Assembly (NCBI GenBank): GCA_038331135.1
Contig: JBBQOS010000001.1
Span: forward strand, 9,140-73,139
DNA from: Candidatus Moraniibacteriota bacterium
GTDB lineage: Bacteria > Patescibacteriota > Minisyncoccia > Moranbacterales > UBA9337
Direction of reading: 5' to 3'
DNA: 64,000 nt
A program made the translations under genes and the position numbers. Each line of letters opens with the position of its first letter. The first letter of the stretch is position 1. Positions 58,009 through 64,000 of the stretch are shown here, one piece after another. The notes beneath the pieces are model-generated. The model saw nothing but the letters and a program-made list of their open reading frames with translations, had not been told where the DNA came from and searched no databases.

Positions 58009-58902
58009 TTAATTACTGCTAGTTTTTTTCTTTTTATTATCTAATGGTTTAATTTTAGCTGACTCACTACTGTCGACACCTAGTACAGCACCCTCAGTTT
58101 GCGAAACTTCATCTGCTTCAATTTCCTCTTGCGAACCATCGGGAGATTGCATATTGTTTTCATCCACCTTTAGTTCTTCTTGAGGAGCGACATTTTCTAT
58201 AGGTCTTATTTCTTCCGGTTTATTATAATGAGCCTCCACAGAAATTGATTCCACTACTTCTTTATTAAACTGATTAACACTCTTTACTGATATAACATTT
58301 TTTCCTTCTCGTAATACAATACTTTCTGCAAAAACACCCTCATCATTCACCATAACCAATTGATTATTTATAAATAATTCATTACCTACGTCTGTTTTTC
58401 CTTTTACCAGAACCTTTGTGTCGTTAATCACTGAATCAGCCTCTGGATTTATTATCAACAACTCTGGATTAGAAACAAAATTGTTTAGATTTTTAAATAA
58501 ATAAAAAGATAATGCTATAAAAAATAATGAAACAAAAACAATCGAAATTATTTTAGGCGTAACTGAAAATTTAGATAAATTTATTTTATTTAAATTAGTT
58601 TTCTCCTTACCTTTATTATTGCCCGCTATGTTTTTTTGAATACTTTTTTCTTTATTAAATGACTTTATTAGGTAATCTTCATTTATCCCCAAATAATCGG
58701 CGAAACTTTTTAAAAATCCCTTAACATACACATCTGCTGGTAAACCATTATAATTTCCACTTTCCAAAAACTCCAAATATTCTAATTGAATTTTAGTATT
58801 TTTAGCTATTTCTGACAATCCAATCCTTTTTTCAGTCCTAGCTCTTTGCATCTTTTCTCCTAGAGTCAAAGATTGAATTTTTTTTACTTTGAATCCATTC
58901 AT
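58009..58902 (-). CDS. RodZ-like cytoskeleton-associated protein (XRE HTH, TM, C-terminal beta domain)
   Basis: It has an N-terminal HTH (LGEKMQRARTEKRIGLSEIAKNTKI), a mid TM segment, and a C-terminal domain with an acidic tail. Confidence 0.6.
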   Translation of the reverse strand: MNGFKVKKIQSLTLGEKMQRARTEKRIGLSEIAKNTKIQLEYLEFLESGNYNGLPADVYVKGFLKSFADYLGINEDYLIKSFNKEKSIQKNIAGNNKGKEKTNLNKINLSKFSVTPKIISIVFVSLFFIALSFYLFKNLNNFVSNPELLIINPEADSVINDTKVLVKGKTDVGNELFINNQLVMVNDEGVFAESIVLREGKNVISVKSVNQFNKEVVESISVEAHYNKPEEIRPIENVAPQEELKVDENNMQSPDGSQEEIEADEVSQTEGAVLGVDSSESAKIKPLDNKKKKTSSN

Positions 58903-59104
58903 GAATTAAGTATAAAGTATTATGAATTATAAATTTTTAAACCGTATCTCACGCTCAACTCTGTTTAGGTCCCTTAAAATTATTACAGAATTTGGATGAA
59001 GGAATTTTTCTTACAATTAAAAAATGAATTCCCAAATCTTGTTTTAATTGCTATTCCTAATTACCAGTTACCAGTTTAATGGCTGCTAGTTACTAATTAC
59101 CAAT

Positions 59105-61537
59105 TTAGATCTGCCACTTTTCTCTTTGCTCTTGGGTTACATCCTCTCCATCGTCTTTAATTTGATTGTCAGGGCTCTCTTTATTATCTGGATTATTTCC
59201 GCCAGATAAAATCTCTCGAGGTTTAGAACCATCCGCCTCTCCCACTATGCCATCTCTTTCTAGACTATCAATTAACCGCGCAGCTCTATTATAACCGATT
59301 CTAAATCTTCTTTGCAACAATGAAGCTGAAGCCTTGCCCACTTTCAAAACGAATTCTTTAGCTTCGCTATAAATAGCATCTTCATCTTCACTCTCTTGAG
59401 AAATAGAAAAATCAACTTTTCCGAAATTATCTACAGTGGCATCATGTCGAGAGCTAGCGCCGATACTTATTTCATCTTCTATATCGTCATCCTCATCTTT
59501 TTTATAAATTCGCTCAGCTTGCTCTATAATGTGATCGACCACCCTTCTTACTTCCTGCTCTGAAACAAAAGAATTTTGCAATCTCCTTGGCTTAGGAGAC
59601 TCCGAAGATAAAAATAATAAATCACCTTTGCCCAAAAGATTTTCCGCCCCGCGCATATCAATAATTGTTCTTGAATCAATTTGGCTTGCCACCTGAAGAG
59701 CAATCCTAGTAGTAATATTAGCTTTAATAATACCAGTTAAAACTTCCACACTGGGGCGCTGAGTAGAAATAATTAAATGAATTCCAACGGCTCTAGCCAT
59801 TTGAGCTAAACGCATTATCGCACCCTCCACATCTTTTCCATGCGAGACCATCAAATCCGCCAACTCATCTATTATAATAACAATAAAAGGTAACTTCTTT
59901 AATTGCTCTTTCACTACCTCGCTCGTATCAGGATCGATAATATCGCGCGTCATACCTTTTTTAAACTTTTGCAAATACGACTCCAAATCTCTTGATCCAA
60001 CTGATTCTAGAATTTTATAACGCTCCTCCATTTCTCTCACTGCCCATTTCAATGAGTTAACTACTTTTTTATTATCTGTAATAACTGGCGATAATAGATG
60101 TGGAATCTTATTGTAAAGAGAAAGCTCTACTCGTTTGGGATCAACTAAAATCATTTTTAAATCATCGGGAGAATTTTGAAAAAGTAAGGATAAAATTATT
60201 GAATTTATACAAACACTTTTGCCGGTTCCAGTTGCTCCGGCAATTAATAAATGTGGCATCTTTCCCAAATCTCCGATAATAAAATTACCTTCAACGTTTT
60301 TTCCCAGAGCCAACGATAATGGAGATTTACTCTCTTTAAACTCTTGACTATCTAAGGCATTTTTTAATCTTATCATGATTGACTTTTTATTAGGGACTTC
60401 TATTCCAATCAATGATTTTCCGGGAATGGGTGCTTCTATTCTAATTGGATGAGCAGCCAATGCCAAAGCCAAATCATCACCCAAAGCTACAATTTTACTC
60501 AATCGAACACCGACAGCTGGACGAAAACTATACTGAGTTACAGCTGGTCCTATTTTTACTCCTCCGTCTTCTAGGGCAATTCCAAAATTAGAAAAAGTAT
60601 CTTTAATGATATCTATATTTTCGTCAATGTTCCCGCTATACGCCTCTCCTATGGATTCATCTAGCAGCGTAAGGGGCGGCAATTTCCATAAATCTGCAGA
60701 AATTTTATTTATTTTAATAGGCTTAATATTTTTAGGCTTATTTCCAAAAGATGCGCTTTTGATATTAAATTCACCATCTTCATCGACTGAAATATCTTCA
60801 TCATTCTTTTTATTAGCGCTTGGTCCTTCGACAAATTTAACCTCCTTGATATTATAGGCTAGACTTTCTCTTTCTACATCAACTGAAATATCTTCTTTTT
60901 TATCATCACTAAAATCCTCTTCTTTTAAGCTAGACCCTCCACTGTTATTAATTTTTTCAGATTTATTTTTTATTTCTTCTGTTTGCGCTTTTTTAGTTTT
61001 AATTAAATTAATAAAAAATTCAACCACTGAAAAATTAAAAGCAATCATAACTCCTATAGAAAAAAATGCTATCAGAAAAATAATTCCCACAATTTTACCC
61101 GTTAACTTTATCAAATAAAAAGCTATTAAATATCCGATATACCCACCACCTTGTCCATTCTTGGCTACGGTTAATAGCAAATTACTTTCATAAAAAATAT
61201 GAAAAAATCCCAATAAGCTCAAGAAAGCAATAATTAAACCGGCTATTTTAACTACATAAAAAACTGTTTTTTTCTTGTATAACAAAACTATCGCCATTAA
61301 AAATAAAGTGATTGGAAATAACCATTTTCCCCAACCAAAAATCATCCCACCTATTTTATCCAAAAAATTGCCAAAAGCTCCCCCTGAATCAAGAAATCCA
61401 AAAGAAAATAAAATAGTCATCAGCAACAAAAGCACAATCGCTATTCCGCGTTTAACACTATTTTTTAAATTCAAATTAAAATCTTCTTCGATATTTTTTT
61501 CTTCTTTTGTATTTTTCTCCCTTGATTTATTTCTCAT
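59105..61537 (-). CDS. ftsK: DNA translocase FtsK/SpoIIIE
   Basis: It has an N-terminal 4-TM domain, Walker A GATGTGKSV, Walker B IVIIIDELADL and a C-terminal gamma wHTH (LLQRRFRIGYNRAARLID). Confidence 0.9.
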   Translation of the reverse strand: MRNKSREKNTKEEKNIEEDFNLNLKNSVKRGIAIVLLLLMTILFSFGFLDSGGAFGNFLDKIGGMIFGWGKWLFPITLFLMAIVLLYKKKTVFYVVKIAGLIIAFLSLLGFFHIFYESNLLLTVAKNGQGGGYIGYLIAFYLIKLTGKIVGIIFLIAFFSIGVMIAFNFSVVEFFINLIKTKKAQTEEIKNKSEKINNSGGSSLKEEDFSDDKKEDISVDVERESLAYNIKEVKFVEGPSANKKNDEDISVDEDGEFNIKSASFGNKPKNIKPIKINKISADLWKLPPLTLLDESIGEAYSGNIDENIDIIKDTFSNFGIALEDGGVKIGPAVTQYSFRPAVGVRLSKIVALGDDLALALAAHPIRIEAPIPGKSLIGIEVPNKKSIMIRLKNALDSQEFKESKSPLSLALGKNVEGNFIIGDLGKMPHLLIAGATGTGKSVCINSIILSLLFQNSPDDLKMILVDPKRVELSLYNKIPHLLSPVITDNKKVVNSLKWAVREMEERYKILESVGSRDLESYLQKFKKGMTRDIIDPDTSEVVKEQLKKLPFIVIIIDELADLMVSHGKDVEGAIMRLAQMARAVGIHLIISTQRPSVEVLTGIIKANITTRIALQVASQIDSRTIIDMRGAENLLGKGDLLFLSSESPKPRRLQNSFVSEQEVRRVVDHIIEQAERIYKKDEDDDIEDEISIGASSRHDATVDNFGKVDFSISQESEDEDAIYSEAKEFVLKVGKASASLLQRRFRIGYNRAARLIDSLERDGIVGEADGSKPREILSGGNNPDNKESPDNQIKDDGEDVTQEQREKWQI

Positions 61538-61719
61538 AATTAGCTTTTTAGTTTCTTAACAAGCAACTTTTTATTTCTTTTTAGTTTTTTAATTTTTGGA
61601 TTTATAAAATTATAATATTTTTCCCAAAACACTACACTAAAACATGGTTGACTATAGACCGCTAAGCCAAAAACACCAGCTAAGTCAATTTTAACACAAA
61701 AAATGTTTTTTCGATAACA

Positions 61720-62892
61720 TTAAAATTCTACTGTTATTTCAATGCTTTTGCCCCCCCTTAGCACTCCCAAAACAGCTGAGTTTCCCTTCTCGTATTGGTT
61801 TATAAAATTTGATAAAGGATGAGTAGTATTAATTTCATTTCCATCTATTGAAAGAATTAAATCATTTATTGCTAGTCCATTTTTTTCAGCTGAACTATCT
61901 GCCAGTATAGCTAAACCTTGCTTGCCGGTAGCAGAATAAATCAGAGCGCCCTTGTCTGATGAAAGATTTTTTAAATTTTTGTAATAGGGGTTAACTGAAA
62001 TATAGTAAATTCCCAACTTGGCGGATTGCTCAACTCTGTTTTCAACAATCTTTTGCATAGACTCTCTAATTACTTCAATTGGGATTTGAAAATATTTTTT
62101 ATTACTGTCAACTTCAATTTTTGCATTTATAGCTAATAGTTCTCCCTCATAATTTATAATTGGCCCACCGACATATTTATCATCTTCGTTAAAATCAACA
62201 CGCAAAACACCCTCCAGCTTTTCAGATGAAGCAATCTCTCCCCCTGCCAAATTAAAACTCTCATCAAAACCAGTTAATATCCCGTCAGTCAAATAAACTT
62301 TTTGTAATCCTGATAAATTTCCAATAACTATAACTTTTTTACCTGAATTGCTGATACTGCTACTCGCAAAAGGTATGGTGGTTAAATTAAATCCTTCTAC
62401 TTTTAGATATGCTAAGTTGGTAAAGTCATCTATACCCAAAAGTTTTGCATCCAAAACATTGCCACCCAATGTGACTACTTTATACTCAGCATTTTTTTCG
62501 ATGATGTTAGTTCTATAGGTAACAATGATACCATCATTAGTCAAAATAGTCCCTGCTCCCTCTTGCCCACTAGAATATTTTTCAGCGTCGATAACTGCCG
62601 GATTAATTTTTTTGTTATCTTCGCGTTTCTCAAAAGAAAGAATATTTACCACAGCATAAACCGCACTTGACGCTATTTCGCTTATTGAATCATCCTCTCT
62701 AACTATGACTCTCTCTGTTTTAGTAATAAACGTAGTGTTTTTGTTATCACTATTAAAAATTTCCAATCTAGAGAAAACTTTGGATTTAACAAATAACGGC
62801 GTCAGATATCTACTTAAGAACAAATTTCCCACCCAACCGAAAAACATCACCGCTACTAAAATTAAAAATATTTTAAACATTTTTTTCTTCAT
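61720..62892 (-). CDS. HtrA/DegP-like trypsin-fold plus PDZ protein lacking the catalytic triad
   Basis: It has the fold-typical TILTNDGIIVT, TNLAYLKV and KYVGGPIINYEGELLAIN, where HtrA has TNxHV, DxAxLK and GNSGGP. A C-terminal PDZ domain is present. Confidence 0.6.
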   Translation of the reverse strand: MKKKMFKIFLILVAVMFFGWVGNLFLSRYLTPLFVKSKVFSRLEIFNSDNKNTTFITKTERVIVREDDSISEIASSAVYAVVNILSFEKREDNKKINPAVIDAEKYSSGQEGAGTILTNDGIIVTYRTNIIEKNAEYKVVTLGGNVLDAKLLGIDDFTNLAYLKVEGFNLTTIPFASSSISNSGKKVIVIGNLSGLQKVYLTDGILTGFDESFNLAGGEIASSEKLEGVLRVDFNEDDKYVGGPIINYEGELLAINAKIEVDSNKKYFQIPIEVIRESMQKIVENRVEQSAKLGIYYISVNPYYKNLKNLSSDKGALIYSATGKQGLAILADSSAEKNGLAINDLILSIDGNEINTTHPLSNFINQYEKGNSAVLGVLRGGKSIEITVEF

Positions 62893-63013
62893 TTTTTTAT
62901 TGAGCCTAAATTAATTACTTAAATACATTATACAATATTTATGCCAAGCTAGTACATCTTTAAATTTTTTAACCATATCGTTTGGACGTCCGACTTTTTT
63001 GCAATCAAACTAT

Positions 63014-63754
63014 TTAAATATTGGGCAACCATATTGAACCATACAAAACAACACTGCTTGCAATTATGAAAAATATCAAATTTACTAATACTCTTTTGAC
63101 TGACAGGATGTTTTTAAAATAATTTTGAGATAAGTCCCAAATTATATAATAAAACATTAGCAACACAATTCCAGTAGTGAGATATCCAAATGGCCAAAAA
63201 TTTATTACCCAGCCCATTTCCAAGACTCCGAAGCCTATAATTAGACTATACACTAGGACCTTTTTTTTATTTTCTTGACCGATTAATAAGAAATATTGAT
63301 AGCTAATGAGCGCTATATTACAAAAATAAAAAGACATTAGCATCCAGGAAGGAATGTCAAAATTCAAGTAAATGCCATACGAGGCTGAAAAAAACAAAAA
63401 AATAACAGCCATCGTTGACATTGCAATCGAACCCTTGGCTGTTTCACTCTCGGGCTTTTTTGATATTCGATAGATTCCAAATAGAAAAAAGTAGTTTACT
63501 AATCCGCTGATTGCTATAAAAATATGTTTTTCAACGCTATAATCTATAAGATGCAAAATTGTCCAAACTGAAACATACAACACAGTAATAATGAACAATC
63601 CTGACTGAACTTTGGAATAAATCCGAAAAGAAGCTAATGAAGAAAACAAAAAGACAAAAAATAAAATCCAAAAAGATCCTCTGTAGAAAAGCATTAACTC
63701 CAACAAGAAGATGAAAATAATTGATTGAAATATGGCTGGCAGATATAGAAACAC
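63014..63754 (-). CDS. hypothetical polytopic membrane protein
   Basis: It has about 7 hydrophobic segments. No family was recognised. Confidence 0.45.
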   Translation of the reverse strand: MFLYLPAIFQSIIFIFLLELMLFYRGSFWILFFVFLFSSLASFRIYSKVQSGLFIITVLYVSVWTILHLIDYSVEKHIFIAISGLVNYFFLFGIYRISKKPESETAKGSIAMSTMAVIFLFFSASYGIYLNFDIPSWMLMSFYFCNIALISYQYFLLIGQENKKKVLVYSLIIGFGVLEMGWVINFWPFGYLTTGIVLLMFYYIIWDLSQNYFKNILSVKRVLVNLIFFIIASSVVLYGSIWLPNI

Positions 63755-63865
63755 GGAATAAATAGAAAAAAATTAAAAACACATCTCACTCAAAAATAAC
63801 GCAGCGAAAAAAATAATTCGAAATCCATAAGCATATTCTTGTTGCAAAATGGAATGACCGATTTT

Positions 63866-64000
63866 CTATTGCTCAAAAGAAATAGCGTTAACTGGACAGC
63901 TATCAATAGTTTCCTGACAATTGCAATCTCCACATTCATCGGCGATAACCACTGATTTTCCTTTCTCTATATCCATTTTAAAAACAGTTGGACAAATAGC
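63866..64000 (-). CDS. small ferredoxin-like protein, C-terminal part (partial at window end)
   Basis: My own translation gives AICPTVFKMDIEKGKSVVIADECGDCNCQETIDSCPVNAISFEQ with a stop at 63866-63868. The Cys-Pro motifs are typical of Fe-S ferredoxins. Confidence 0.45.
   Translation of the reverse strand, partial: AICPTVFKMDIEKGKSVVIADECGDCNCQETIDSCPVNAISFEQ

Overview
The window is an AT-rich, compact bacterial contig. Single 60-nt lines hand-count at about 16/60 G+C. It carries mostly minus-strand housekeeping genes: smc-like, rnc, nusB, rpmF, prfB, prfA, prmC, frr, aspS, dxs, uvrA, folD, recA and ftsK. It also has cell-envelope glycosyltransferases, two sensor kinases, two single-domain response regulators and a pilMNO plus minor-pilin operon. 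The gene style (short proteins, many small membrane proteins, frequent lack of a Shine-Dalgarno) suggests a small-genome, Patescibacteria/CPR-like organism; this is inference only. Both RF1 and RF2 are present, and prfB carries the classical CUU UGA C +1 frameshift site, so UGA is a stop codon here (code 11).

The stand-out region is about 23502-29340. It is a compositionally foreign, mosaic 5.8-kb island immediately after a tRNA-Lys/His/Arg cluster and an orphan tRNA 3' fragment. I found no integrase or transposase in it. It holds two convergent outer operons. One encodes an Fe-S-motif-type TrpRS. The other encodes a YbaK-like aminoacyl-tRNA deacylase translationally coupled to an orphan methyltransferase-like protein. 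Their roughly 265-nt structured leaders are inverted copies of each other. The inner operon (Glu/Leu/Phe/Val-family amino-acid dehydrogenase plus class I aminotransferase) sits behind a canonical T-box antiterminator/terminator whose bulge reads UGGC. The TrpRS leader alone has three consecutive in-frame UGG codons just upstream of a strong GC hairpin.

I read the island as a candidate tRNA-charging-sensing module for amino-acid salvage, quality control or analogue resistance. This is a hypothesis, and tryptophan is the most coherent ligand.

Other items:
- a RhuM/Doc pseudogene with an in-frame TGA at a conserved Trp position
- a hinge-less short SMC
- an HtrA-like protein with all three catalytic residues replaced
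- several domain fusions
- several unexplained GC-rich structured intergenic patches
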